Both the position numbers and the translations under genes were made by a program. From Mustelus asterias (taxonomy: Eukaryota): a stretch of DNA of 64,000 nucleotides. The stretch covers positions 186,001-250,000 of the forward strand of contig NW_027590156.1 in the NCBI RefSeq assembly GCF_964213995.1. The letters are read 5' to 3'. The notes beneath the pieces were generated by a model. The model was not told the DNA's origin and searched no databases. It worked only from the letters and a program-made list of their open reading frames with translations. Positions 11,761 to 23,444 of this stretch are shown piece after piece. The first letter of the stretch is position 1. Each line of letters starts with the position of its first letter.

Positions 11761-12435
11761 CGCTCCCGTTGTCTGTAACTCTGCAGACAATGAACCCCTC
11801 TGTCAAAGCAAGTGCTGGTCCCCAACCACAGAACTGCTCAGCCAACCGATGGCAGCCAGGGGATAGGTGCATCAATCTCACCACTTCAGAGACAAGGGCA
11901 GGCAGGTCAAATGGAAACTGTGAGAGGTCCGACAACTGGCGCTGTTATCCTCCTGGGGTCTGTGCTTAAGAAATGATCGCGCTGTTCTCACTTTCTATCT
12001 CGTGTTGAAGTATTTCTATCTGTGAAACAAATCAACCCAAAAGACAGATTCTGGCCGGTGTGACTCGCTACAGAGGGTCATGTGTTTCTCTCAATCAGCT
12101 CCCCACCCAAGTGTCTGACTGATACCTACAACAATATTGGATACATCATGTAGTAAAAACATTTCCTGCAATTTTACTCCAATTTTAATTGTAGAGACGG
12201 ACTCGGGAACACGGGTTCGAAGTGAAAAGTGCATTTCTGGGATAATATCGAAAAATGCTTCTCATTCACAGAAAGTGGTAAATGTGCGAAATAAATTTCT
12301 GGTTTCAATGGAAGGTGGCTGGAACCCTAGATATTTAAGGAGATGTTTGCAGATATATTCGTGGAGGGAGTTACTACATTTTCGTAAGTGGTTGCATGAC
12401 CTCCCTCAATCCCAGTGATCACATGAACTGGAATG

Positions 12436-13800
12436 AACAAAGAACAAAGAACAAAGAACAATACAGCACAGGAACAGGCCCTTCGGCCCTCCAAGCCTGC
12501 GCCACTTATGTGCCCAACTAGACCATTCGTTTATATCCCTCTATTCCCAGTCTGTTCATGTGGCTATCTAGATAACTCTTAAACGATCCCAGCGTGTCCG
12601 CTTCAATCACCTTGCTTGGCAGTGCATTCCAGGCCCCCACCACCCTCTGTGTAAAATACGTCCACCTGACATCTGTGTTGAACCTTGCCCCCCTCACCTT
12701 AAACCCGTGACCCCTTGTGTTCGTCACCTCCGACCTGGGAAAAAGCTTCCCACTGTTCACCCTATCTATGCCCTTCATAATTTTATACACCTCTATTAGG
12801 TCGCCCCTCATCCTCCGCCTTTCCAGGGAGAACAACTCTAGTTTACCCAATCTCTCCTCATAGCTAAGACCCTCCATACCAGGCAACATCCTGGTAAACC
12901 TTTTCTGTACTCTCTCCATAGCCTCCACGTCCCTTTGGTAGTGTGACGACCAGAACTGGACGCAGTATGCCAAATGTGGCCGAACCAACGTTCTATACAG
13001 CTGCAACATCATATGCCAACTGTTATATTCTGTGCCCCGTCCAATAAAGGCAAGCATGCCATATGCCTTCCTGACCAGCCTCTCCACCTGTGCTGCCACC
13101 TTTAAGGATCTGTGGACTTGTACACCCAGGTTCTGCCATTTATTGTACAGCTCCCCCTTACATTAGATCTACCGAAATGCATCACTTCGCATTCATCTGG
13201 ATTACATTCCATTTGCCATTTCTCAGCCCAGTGTTCCAGCCTATCTACATCCTGCTGTAATATCTGACAATGTTCATCACTATCCGCAACTCCTGCAATC
13301 TTTGTGTCGTCCACAAACTTACTGATCACACCAGCTACACCTTCCTCCAAATCATTTATATATATATCACAAACAGCAGAGGTCCCAGTACAGAGCTCTC
13401 CGGAACACCACTAGTCACAGACCTCCAACCGGAAAAAGACCCCTCCACTGTTACCCTCTGTCATCTATGGTTAAGCCAGTTCTCCACCCATCTAGCTAGC
13501 TCACCATTTATCCCGTAAAGTTTAAACTTTTGCACCAGCCTGCGATGAGGGACGCTTTACTAAAATCCATATCGACGACATCCACGGCCCTTCCCTCGTC
13601 AATCGTTTTTGTCACCTCCTCAAAACACTCAACCAAATTTGAGAGGCATGACCTCCCTCGTACAAAACCATGCTGTCTATCGCGAATGAGATTATTCAGT
13701 TCTAAATGCGCATATATCCTATCTCTAAGAATCTTCTCCAACAATTTCCCTACCACGGACGTCAAGCTCAGCGACCTATAAATACGCGCGGGTTATCCTT
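12436..13800 (-). mobile_element. CR1 LINE, truncated with internal deletions
   Basis: ORFs 13508-13765, 13102-13350 and 12518-13099 are RT and C-terminal pieces; gaacaaa tail repeats. Confidence 0.95.
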
Positions 13801-14309
13801 GACAAAAACACTATTCTGTTTCTCCTTATATTCCCGACGTAGAAACACTTTGTGTTCTTCTGCAACAGGGAAATAGTGTCCAAACTTTGCCAGTCTTGAT
13901 GTTATTCAGTAAATTGTCATACAAATCGATCTATGAATATTCATTTAAAATAAAACGAGATACATTGGATCATGCTGCTGTATTTTTCCAACTGATTAGA
14001 AATATCGGTTTACAGTAGCTGATAGAAATTGATGCTGCCGTTGCAGATATAGAACTGGAACCCACCATCACAACGAGTGATTCCACTGTCTGTTCAAATG
14101 TTCAGCAGTGAAAATTTCAATCATTCTCTTCTGTGTCACGACAGTAGTGAGTCAATAAGTCAATTCACTCAACAAAGCCAGAATCAGTCAATCTTTCTCG
14201 CAACTTTCAAACATGTTGTTATTCTCTACCAATTGCCATTGAGCTATACGAATAAGTGAATGCATTTGGTGATGGCAAAAATGTGCTTACCCTCTCGGGG
14301 AACACAATC

Positions 14310-15380
14310 ATATTGATGCACACACAAGGTAGGAATGGATTCCAAAGGCATGAATTCATGAAAAGAAAAAGGAAATCATGTCTGACTAATTTATTAGATT
14401 TCTTGGAGAAGTCCATCCCAGAGTGGATAGAAAGGGACCAGGGGATGTATTGTTTTTGGACTTCCAGAAGGTGTTCGACAAGGTACCTCGCAAAATGTTA
14501 ACTCGTAACATAAGAGCCCATGATGTTGGGGGTAGTATATTTGTCGGTAGAGAATTGGCTGGTGGCAGGAAGCAGCAATTTAGGATAAAGGGTTTTCAGT
14601 TTGGCGACGTGTAACCGTAGGGTTCCAGAGGGATTAATACTGGGATCACAACTGTTTACAATAAATGTTAATGACTTGGAGGGAGGAAGCAAATATATCG
14701 TAGAAAGTTTTTCAGACACAAAAATAGGTGGGAAGGCAAATTGCGACAGGGATACAAACAGTTGATATCGAGATTTTGATAGGTTATCTAAGTAGTCGAA
14801 AAGTTGGAAAATGAAATTTAATGCGGGGAAACCTGAAAGTGTTCAATTTGGATGGGAGAACAAACGAACAGAGTGCTATGCAAATAGGGAAACTGGATAA
14901 CACTGCCACACAAAGGGACTTAGGGGTACTTGTGCATGAAACACAGAAAGTTAGCAGACATGTGCAGCAAGTAATCAAGAAGGATAATGGGATGTTGACT
15001 TTTATTTCAAGGGTGTTGGAGTATAAGAGTAGCGAAGTTTTGCTGCAGCTGTACAAGGTATTGGTGAGACCACATCTGGAGTTCCGTCAGCAGCTTTGGT
15101 CCCCTTATTTAACGACATATCTTATTTCATTGCAGGTAGTTCAGGGAAGGTTTACAAAGCTGATCCCGAGTATGGAGGCATTGTCTTATGAGGAAAGATT
15201 AAACAGGTTGGGACACTACTCATTGGAATTTACAAAAATGACATGTGTCTTCATTGAAACATAGGATTATTGACGGCCTTGAGAGTCTAAATGCTGAGAA
15301 CATGTTTCCTCTCGTGGGAGAGTCCAGGGACAGAGGGCATAGTTTCAGAATAAACGAGTGCTAATTTATGAGTGAGATTA
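14310..15380 (+). mobile_element. Old CR1 LINE fragment
   Basis: Decayed QHEFMK..SCLTNLLDF, LDFQKVFDKVP and LYKVLVRPHLE. Confidence 0.9.
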
Positions 15381-15418
15381 TTTATTCTATTAGATTAAAC
15401 ACCCTGACATCCTCCATA

Positions 15419-15585
15419 GTAAGAAGTCTCACTACACCAGGTTAAAGACCAACAGGTTTATTTGGAATCACGAGCTTTCAGAGCGCTGTTCCCTCATCAG
15501 GCGAGTCACCTGTTGGACTTTAACCTGGTGTTGTGAGACTTCTTAACGTGTCAACACAAATTCAACGCCGGCATCTCCACATCAT
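15419..15585. mobile_element. Penelope-terminus-derived fold-back element
   Basis: taagaagtctcactacaccaggttaaagaccaacagg ... cctgttggactttaacctggtgttgtgagacttctta inverted repeat. Confidence 0.8.
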
Positions 15586-15600
15586 GGATCCTCCATAGCG

Positions 15601-16835
15601 CATAGACACTTAGAAACGAGAAGCAAGCGTCGGCCATTCGGTCCTTTTAACCTGCTCCGCCATTCATTTTGATCATAGCTGATTATCAAATTCAAAATCC
15701 TGATCCTGCCCTCCACCGATATCCCTTGATCCCTTTAAACCCAAGAGCGATATCTAGTTTCTTCTTGAAATCACACAAAGTTTTGACCTCAACTACTTCC
15801 TGTGGTAGTGAATTCCATGCATTCTCCACTCTCTGGGTGAAGAAATCTCTGCTCACCTCAGTCCGAAAAGGTTTAAGCCTTACCCTCCAACTGCGACTCT
15901 TAGTTCTGGACACCCCCATCATCGGGAAAAGTCTTTCTGAATCTATTCTGTCTCATCCTGGAAAGGGAGCAGGGCGAAGGTTTAACAGGCTGATTCCTGG
16001 GATGGCGGGTTTGTCATATGAAGAGAGACTAAATCGGTCAGGATTATATTCACTGGAGTTAGATGAGTGGGAGGGGGTCGCATAGAAACTTAGAAAATTC
16101 TAACAGGTTTAGGCAGGGTAGATTCAGAAAGAATGTTCCTAGTGATGGGGGAGTCCAGAACTAGGGGTCATAGTCTGAGGAAAAGGGGTAAACGTGTTAG
16201 AACTGAGGTAGGAAGAAATCTCTTCACCCAGAGGGTGGTGAATGTATGGAATTCACTACCACAGAATGTACTGGAGGCCAAAACGTTTTCTGATTTCAAG
16301 AATAAATTAAATATAGCTCTTGGGACTAAAGGGATCAAAGGGTATGAGAGGAAGGGCGAATCAGGATGTTAAATTTGATGATCAACCATGATCAAAATGA
16401 ATAGCGGAGAAGGCTCGATGGGCCGAATGGCTTATTCGGCTTCTAACTTCTGTGTGTCTTTGTAATCCTCTTATGAGGTTTCTATGAGAACTCCTCTCAC
16501 TCTTTTGAACTCCAATCAATACAATTCTAACTGATTTATTCTCTACTGAAATGCCAAACCTAACATCACAAGAAACAGCCTGGTAAACCTTCTCTGCACT
16601 CCCTCTGTAGCAAGGACATCCTTTCTCGGATGAGGACGCCAAAGCTACACGCAATACTCCAGGTGTGGCCCCAACAATGCCCGATAGAATTGCAGCAAAA
16701 CATCCCTATTCCTGTGCTCAAATGCTCTTGCTATGAAGGCTAGCATATCATTTTTCTTCTTCACTGCCTGCTGTAACTGCACGTTTACTTTCAGCGACTG
16801 ACGCACGAGGACACCAGGCTCTCGCTCAGTATCCA
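15601..16835. mobile_element. Patchwork of three CR1 fragments (minus 15601-15960, plus 15975-16460, minus 16460-16835)
   Basis: ORFs 15692-15922, 16133-16372 and 16645-16836 are CR1 ORF2 C-terminal pieces. Confidence 0.9.
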
Positions 16836-16859
16836 TCTCGCTCCTGCTTTATCACTTTG

Positions 16860-16994
16860 GCGGGATAACAACTGCAAGCCCAAATGTTGAGATCAAAGTT
16901 TAGTACAACTACCAAGATCACCGAGTTAACGATTAGCAAAGTCCTGATCTCCGACACAGCTGTGTATTTCAGTGCCATGAGTCCCCACACTGCT
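16860..16994 (+). pseudogene. V segment V4, 3' remnant (FR3 plus heptamer), RSS split by a Penelope insertion
   Basis: KFSTTTKITELTISKVLISDTAVYFSAMSP followed by CACACTG at 16986-16992. Confidence 0.8.
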
Positions 16995-17731
16995 GTGGAG
17001 ATGCCGGCGTTGGATTGGGGTAAACACAGTAAGAAGTTTAACAACACCAGGTTAAAGTCCAACAGGTTTATTTGGTAGCAAAAGCCACACAAGCTTTCGG
17101 AGCTCCAAGCCCCTTCTTCAGGTGAGTGGGAATTCTATTCATAAAAAAGGCATATAAAGACACAGACTCAATTTACAGAATAATGGTTGGAGTGCGAATC
17201 CTTACAGCTAATCAAGTCTTTCAGAAACAAAACAACGTGAGTGGAGAGAGCATCAAGACAGGCTAAAAATATGTGTATTGTCTCCAGACAAAACAGCCAG
17301 TGAAACTCTGCAGGTCCAGGCAACTGTGGGGGTTACAGATAGTGGGACATGAACCCAATATCCCGGTTAAGGCCGTCCTTGTGTGTGCGGAACTTGGCTA
17401 TCAGTTTCTGCTCAGCGACTCTGCGCTGTCGTGTGTCGCGAAGGCCGCCTTGGAGAACGCTTACCCGAATATCAGAGGCCGAATGCCCGTGATCCCTGAA
17501 GTGCTCCCCAACAAGAAGAGAACAGTCTTGCCTGGTGATTGTCGAGCGGTGTTCATTCATCCGTTGTCGCAGCGTCTGCATAGTTTCCCCAATGTACCAT
17601 GCCTCGGGACATCCTTTCCTGCAGCGTATCAGGTAGACAACGTTGGCCGAGTTGCAAGAGTATGTACCGTGTACCTGGTGGAGGGTGTTCTCACGTGTGA
17701 TGATGGCATCTGTGTCAATGATATCTTGATA
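16995..17731 (-). mobile_element. Penelope-like element (5'-truncated) with 13-bp TSD tccccacactgct
   Basis: ORF 17333-17791 NVVYLIRC...WYIGET..LRQRMNEH (GIY-YIG); direct repeat at 16982-16994 and 17732-17744. Confidence 0.9.
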
Positions 17732-17735
17732 TCCC

Positions 17736-17775
17736 CACACTGCTCCAGAGATGCATCGGGTCCCAGTCAAAATCC
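17736..17775 (+). other. Displaced RSS of V4 (now abutting the Penelope element)
   Basis: CACACTG-23/24 bp-(G)TCAAAATCC. Confidence 0.7.
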
Positions 17776-17799
17776 CACAGCGACAATTCAAGTGACTAC

Positions 17800-17814
17800 G
17801 CAGCAGAGGGCGCT
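17800..17814 (+). promoter_or_regulatory. CTCF motif 25 bp downstream of the V4 RSS
   Basis: GCAGCAGAGGGCGCT, one mismatch to the core. Confidence 0.5.
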
Positions 17815-18278
17815 CTCACACTGGTGAAGAGCAGCAATAATTCACTCAGCGGCGTGAGTGCCAGAGGGATCTTTCTCAACCTGCAAATAATACAAAGCAC
17901 AACAATAGATCTTGAGGTCCACTCGTAGAACTATATTACTTTATGATTTCAATTCGCAACATATTAAAAATAGACTCCATAAGTACATCTGTGGAGCCTT
18001 AATTGTTTACATGTTAATTGACCTCGTTCCTTTCAATTTATTTTCCCACTCTGTTCCTTGCCACCTCCAGTTTCAACTTTTCACCTGTAATTGCTTTACT
18101 TTCTTCCAAGATTTAGTTTAACGGTTCAGAACCTAATTTTCCGCTCGGCATCTTAAATCAGTCTGGCAAAACTCCACTGAGCCACAAAAGGAAACTATCA
18201 GGCGGGGCCAATGAATAACCAAAGATTCTCTCCTCTTCTGTCCACCGCCATCGGAACACTTCTCCGAATAGGCACCAG

Positions 18279-18695
18279 TGGGCGGCACGCTGGCACTGCT
18301 GCCTCACAGCGCCAGAGCCTCTGGTCACTGCCTGTGTGGAGTTTGCACGTTCTCGTCCGGTTTCCGGAGGAAGAGGGTAGCTAAAGAGAGGGTGGGTCCA
18401 CACAAGCACAGTGGAGAGAATTTGTGTGTGGAGCCAGATGAGGTGGGTGAGGTCTTTAGTGACTACTTTGCATCAGTATTCACAAAGGAGAAGGATGTGC
18501 TGGATGGAGAGTGTAGAAAGGAGGGATGTTGACATTCTAGGACATGTTGAGTTGATTGGCCATACTAAATTGCCCCTTAGTGTTCGGGGGACTGGTAGGA
18601 TAAGTAGGTGGGGTTATGGGGTAGGGCCTCGATGGGATGGCGGAGGGTGCAGACTTGATGGACCAAATAGCCTCCTTCTGCAATGTATGCAATGA
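18279..18695 (+). mobile_element. HE1-type SINE interrupted by a CR1 fragment (~18365-18545)
   Basis: SINE head 18279-18360, CR1 peptide GEVFSDYFASVFTKEKD, then SINE 3' half. Confidence 0.8.
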
Positions 18696-19544
18696 TAATT
18701 TAAATGCTTGAACTCAATTTGCCTCAATGTTTTGAAGAAGATAAAGTGGTCAATAATCATTACAAAAACATCCACATGTAGAAGGATTGGAGCCCGATAT
18801 TGGTCAGAGGCCAGAGCGAGTGAGAGAAGGTGTGTCTGATGTGGAAAAGGCTGTCAAAATATGAATGAAAAACCCACATTGAGAGCGGCTTTCTGAATTA
18901 TTACACTGCAATCATTTCAACTATGTTCATTTCTTTTATGAATGGAAGTGGCACTGAAAGGTTTACCTAGCCGGCTGGTAATGAATTGTAGGTAATGAGG
19001 ACAAGCTTTACATATCCTCTGGGGACTGTAAACTTGCTGTCTGAACTTTGCTCTCGTGTTTTGAACACATGATTGGCGCTGACATTATTATCAATTAAAC
19101 AAATTCCAAACTCCGAGAGTCGTGGCTTATTGAATATACGATAACTAACCCGATTGAAGTTAATAATTTTAAACAGAGGTTCCATTGAGAGAAATCCTGC
19201 GTACAATAGTGGAAATGTTTATACTTCAAGATTGTTGCACGGAATGTACAGTGACAGCCAGTACCTTTGCTCCAAAGCGGCAGGTATACTTTTTAAGGAT
19301 ATCGTCACAAAGACATGTGTCTTCCTTTGAACTATGGTGGGAAGGATTCCATAACTGATTATCCGACCGCTGAACGGCGGCATAACCGCTCCTTCCTTCT
19401 CCAAAAGATCCTCGCTTTAGCCTTGAATTGGGAGTTTCTCTTCAAACGACAGGGACGCTGGCAATGTGGTGAGTCAATCAGCCACTCCGACACAAAATGC
19501 AATAATTGTTCAATAATTGCCTCAGTGCTTCAAGAGGGAAATTG

Positions 19545-21088
19545 AGTGGTTGGTAAACTGATAGAGAAGATCCTGAGGGACAGGATATATGAGCATTTAG
19601 AAAGGTTTAGTATGCTCAAGAATACTCAGCATGGCTTTGTCAAGGGTAGATCGTGCCATACGCGCCTGGTGGAGTTCTTCGAAAAGATCCAAAGATCTGC
19701 GGGTTAGGTTGATTGGCAAGGTTAAAAATTGCCCCTTAGAGTCCTGTGATGCGTAGGTTAGTGGGATTAGCGGGTAAATATGTGGGGGTAGGGCCTGGGT
19801 GGGATTGTGGTCGGTGCAGACTCGATGGGCCAAATGGCCTCCTTCTGCACTGTAGGGTTTCTATGAGTTCTATGAGTTCTAAAATGTGACTAAACACATT
19901 GACGAAGGGAAGGCGGTAGATGTGGTTTATATGGATTTTAGCAAAGCGTTCGATAAGGTCCCCCATGCAAGGCTTCCAGAAAAAGTGAGAGGGCATGGGA
20001 TCCGAGGGGCTGCTGCCCGGTGGATCCAGAACTGGCTTGCCCAAAGGAGGCAGAGAGTGGGTATAGATGGGTCTTTTTCTAAATGGAGGTCGGTCACCAG
20101 TGGTGTGCCCCAGGGATCTGTTCTGGGACCCTTGCTGTTTGTCATTTTCATAAATGACCTGGATGAGGAAGCGGAGGGATGGGTTGGTAAGTTTGCCGAC
20201 GACACGAAGGTTGGTGGGGTTGTGGATAGCCTGGAGGGATGTCAGAAGTTACAGAGGGACATAGATAGGATGCAAGACTGGGCGGACAAGTGGCAGATGG
20301 ACTTCAACCCAGATAAATGCGTCGTGGTCCATTTTGGGAGGTCAAATGGGATGAAGGAGTGCAATATAAAGGGAAAGACTCTTGGTACTGTAGAGGATCA
20401 GAAGGACCTTGGGGTCCGGGTCCATAGGACTCTAAAATCGGCCCCGCAGGTGGAGGAGGTGGTTAAGAACGCGTATGGTGTGCTGGCCTTTATCAATCGA
20501 GGGATTGAGTTTAGGAGTCCGGGGATAATGATGCAGCTATATAAGACCCTCGTCAGACCCCACTTGGAGTAATGTGCTCAGTTCTGGTCGCCTCACTATA
20601 GGAAGGATGTGGAAATAATTGAAAGGGTACAGAGGAGATTTACAAGGATGTTGCCTGGATTGAGTGGCATGCCTTATGAGGATAGGCTGAGGGAGCTCGG
20701 TCTTTTCTCCTTGGAGAGACGAAGGATGAGAGGAGACCTAATAGAAGTGCATAAGATGTTGAGATGCATAGATCGGGTGGACTCTCAGGGGCTTTTTCCC
20801 AGGGTGGAAATGTCTGCTACGAGAGGACACAGGTTTAAGGTTCTGGGGGGTAGGTACAGGGGAGATGTTAGGGGTAAGTTTTTCACACAGAGGGTGGTGG
20901 GCGAGTGGAATCGGCTGCCGTCAGTGGTGGTGGAGGCGAACTCAATAGGGTCTTTTAAGAAACTCCTGGATGAGTACATGGAGCTTAATAGGATGAAGGG
21001 TTATAGGTAGGTCTAGAAGGTAGGGATGTGTTCGGCACAACTTGTGGGCCGAAGGGCCTGTTCGTGCTGTAGTTTTTCTATGTTTTTT
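19545..21088 (+). mobile_element. CR1 LINE, 5'-truncated; near-identical subfamily to 37822-39326
   Basis: ORFs 19886-20572 and 20609-21010. Confidence 0.95.
19686..19880 (+). mobile_element. Headless HE1-type SINE inserted in CR1 (TSD aaaa)
   Basis: Interrupts CR1 ttcgaaaa|tgtgac; absent from the sister copy at 38100. Confidence 0.85.
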
Positions 21089-21363
21089 CTACGAAATATC
21101 GCAGTCATGGCTGAGCCATTCCCCCGATGGTAAGGCTTAAACGGACTGATCCTGAATGAACCAAATCCTGGACCAAGCTTGAGTTTGACGGCCACAATAA
21201 TCAGAATCGGGTTACATGTCACCATCTGCTGTGTAAAACCGTAATATCCCCCCCCAATAAAGCACTGACTGTTACGCAGCTCTGAGCGTTTCCAATCATT
21301 GGCAATCAGCCAATGGCAGCCAGCTCACCAGCCTGCCTATTCTCAATGTCACTGGGAACGTCA

Positions 21364-21436
21364 GAAAGTGAAGTGAAAACATCCTGAGACTCACAGCTGA
21401 TTACTGAGGGCGGGGTTGAGAACGGGTGTCTTCAAA
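21364..21436 (+). promoter_or_regulatory. V5 promoter core (ETS/IRF-like gaaagtgaagtgaaa plus GC box)
   Basis: About 37-110 bp upstream of the ATG; conserved in V12 (45974-46045) and partly in V11 (GGAAGTGAAA 36323-36332). Confidence 0.65.
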
Positions 21437-21472
21437 ATCCCCAACTCCTCTTCTACAGAGCGGACAGAGACA

Positions 21473-21938
21473 ATGCGGCTGCTCAGCATCTGGGTTGCGT
21501 GGGCAATTTTTCTGACAGGTAAATGTGGACCAAACACATTTCAACTTTTTTGTTACATTTTTGAAACATGGTGTCAAACAAAATTTTCAACAGTCGCCGG
21601 TCAGATCTTTTTATATTTGTTTTTTCAGATCTTATTCGTGGAGATTCTGTCACTCAGTCGCCGTCCTCAGATGTTAGGACAGAAGAAGAAGAAGCGGTGA
21701 CTTTAAATTGTAAATATGATACTGAAGCGAGGTACTACGATCTATACTGGTACCGGCTGCACCCAGACTCACAGCCTGAGTTTATATTGCGGAAATACTC
21801 AGATGGCGGTGAAGGTAAAGCCGGTTTTGCCAAAGGACGTTTCTCTGCTAAGCTCCAGACCGAGAATAAATTCACCAGTTTAACCATCTGGGGTCTGAAG
21901 CTGGCTGACACCGCCGTATATTACTGCGCTATCAGACG
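21473..21938 (+). CDS. TCR alpha/delta-type V segment V5, apparently functional (leader 21473-21518, V exon 21629-21938)
   Basis: MRLLSIWVAWAIFLT|gtaaat...ttcag|DLIRGDSVTQ...VTLNCKY...LYWYR...DTAVYYCAIR; open frame. Confidence 0.97.
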
Positions 21939-21977
21939 CACAGTGACAGAAAACAAGCTCAGTCCTGTACAAAAACT
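21939..21977 (+). other. 23-RSS of V5
   Basis: CACAGTG-23 bp-ACAAAAACT. Confidence 0.97.
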
Positions 21978-22129
21978 GCCTATCACTACAGAATGAAAAT
22001 CGCGGTAGATGTAGCCACAATGTACAGCGAAAGGAAACCAAGCCAACCTCGAATGAAACTGTTCCCAGAAGCAACTGCACAAACAAACTGCTGATTTCAA
22101 TCCGACAAACAGATCAGCACAGAGTCATA

Positions 22130-22203
22130 TTTGAAGATACCCGTTCTAATCCCCGCCTTTAATAATTTGTTCTCAACCCTCGGGATGTTCATGCCTCACT
22201 TCC
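22130..22203 (-). promoter_or_regulatory. Inverted copy of the V5 promoter core, downstream of the RSS
   Basis: Reverse complement matches 21364-21436 at 31/37 and 18/25 nt in two blocks; function inferred only. Confidence 0.6.
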
Positions 22204-23427
22204 ATGTGTGACTCTTGTTCTGTGAGAGCACTTGGTGGCGATCTGGTGCTGACATGGAAATAAAAGCGTCCGAGCCTGGCTACAGTCATGTCTTGATCGG
22301 GAACGGCCGAAATTTCAGAGACTGGGGGAGGTGGAAGAGGTGGTCGGGGAATGTAATCCTGGTCTGTATATTATCATTAGAAAAAATTGGATTGTTAGTG
22401 CTGACAGAAACCACACCAGCCTCCAGGAAACATTCTGAAGCTCACTGGGCACTAGGGAAAATCTACTTGGGGTTGGTTTAAAGATCACAGTCACCACTTT
22501 GCGAAATCTGTTCAATGTCTATAAGTTTTCTCTGTTTAAATAAACTGCGAGAGCTCCAGAAAACTGGGAGGGGATATGGAGAGAGGATTGTTCAATGTTA
22601 CAGTCACGGAAAATACATCGAAAGGAAAAAAGTAATTGGAGTAATGAAGTAGATTACTAAAGGTTGCTCTCAGTATAACTGGAGTTAACTAACACAATTC
22701 CGCAAGTATTCCTGACGTTTTTGTTTTGAGACTGCCGGTTACTCTGACTTTGTAGGCGGAGTTTTTGATTTTGTTTAGCAATGAGAGCGCTGTCTGGAAC
22801 TCCCTGTGGGGTTTTTGTCCCGAATCTGCGACTTCTCTGCTGGCTGCGTAGCACAGAAATGCGGCGTCAGAGAAAACGTCTCCCGTGATTTTTCAAGGGA
22901 CGGTTTGGTTTCCTTTGTGAAAATCAGCAGAGATCTTGCCTTGCACGTTTGGAGACCTGTTTTCAGCCCTCAGCAAAGGAGAGAGTCTGGAGAATGCATC
23001 CACAAGACAGATCCCATCAGCTCCGAACAGAGGAGTTAGCTGTCAGGCTCACTTCAAACTGAGGAATTGCGTGCAACCCTTAAACGTGTATTTGATAAAC
23101 TATCCTTTTTAACATATTCATTTTCACCTATTCACTGTCATTGTATTTCCACACTCTGTCTGCTATGGCACTATCACAGAGAACACCTGAGAACATCTTC
23201 CTCATCGACCCCCGTCTCAAACTCAGTCTGATTAGTAACAGTGACTCAAATTCTAGGAACAGCTTCATCCACATTCAACACTTGCATTTCATTCTTCAAG
23301 GCGATTTCTTTCAGTTCAATTGAAGGTAAACCTGTCTCTTAGCTCAATTAGGATCAAGCTGGCTGTCTTTACTCGCCTCGAGTTTATCGTCAATGTCTCA
23401 GTTCTCTGTAATCAGCGTTTAAGTTAG

Positions 23428-23444
23428 TGACGTCAGACCAATCA
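23428..23444 (+). promoter_or_regulatory. V6 promoter: TGACGTCA plus CCAAT
   Basis: agTGACGTCAgaCCAATcag about 160 bp upstream of the ATG; paralog V10 has TGACATCA at ~33377. Confidence 0.65.

Noticed and set aside
14213-14260. Possible lost leader exon of V4
   Set aside because: In-frame stop, no intact GT donor and 2.6 kb of CR1 between it and V4; cannot be supported.
14878-14885. Ig octamer ATGCAAAT
   Set aside because: Lies inside a CR1 fragment, not upstream of any leader.
21218-21235. Weak CTCF-like motifs near V promoters (also ~8300, ~11930, ~22230, ~31240, ~36305)
   Set aside because: Three or more mismatches to the core; not distinguishable from chance without a PWM scan.
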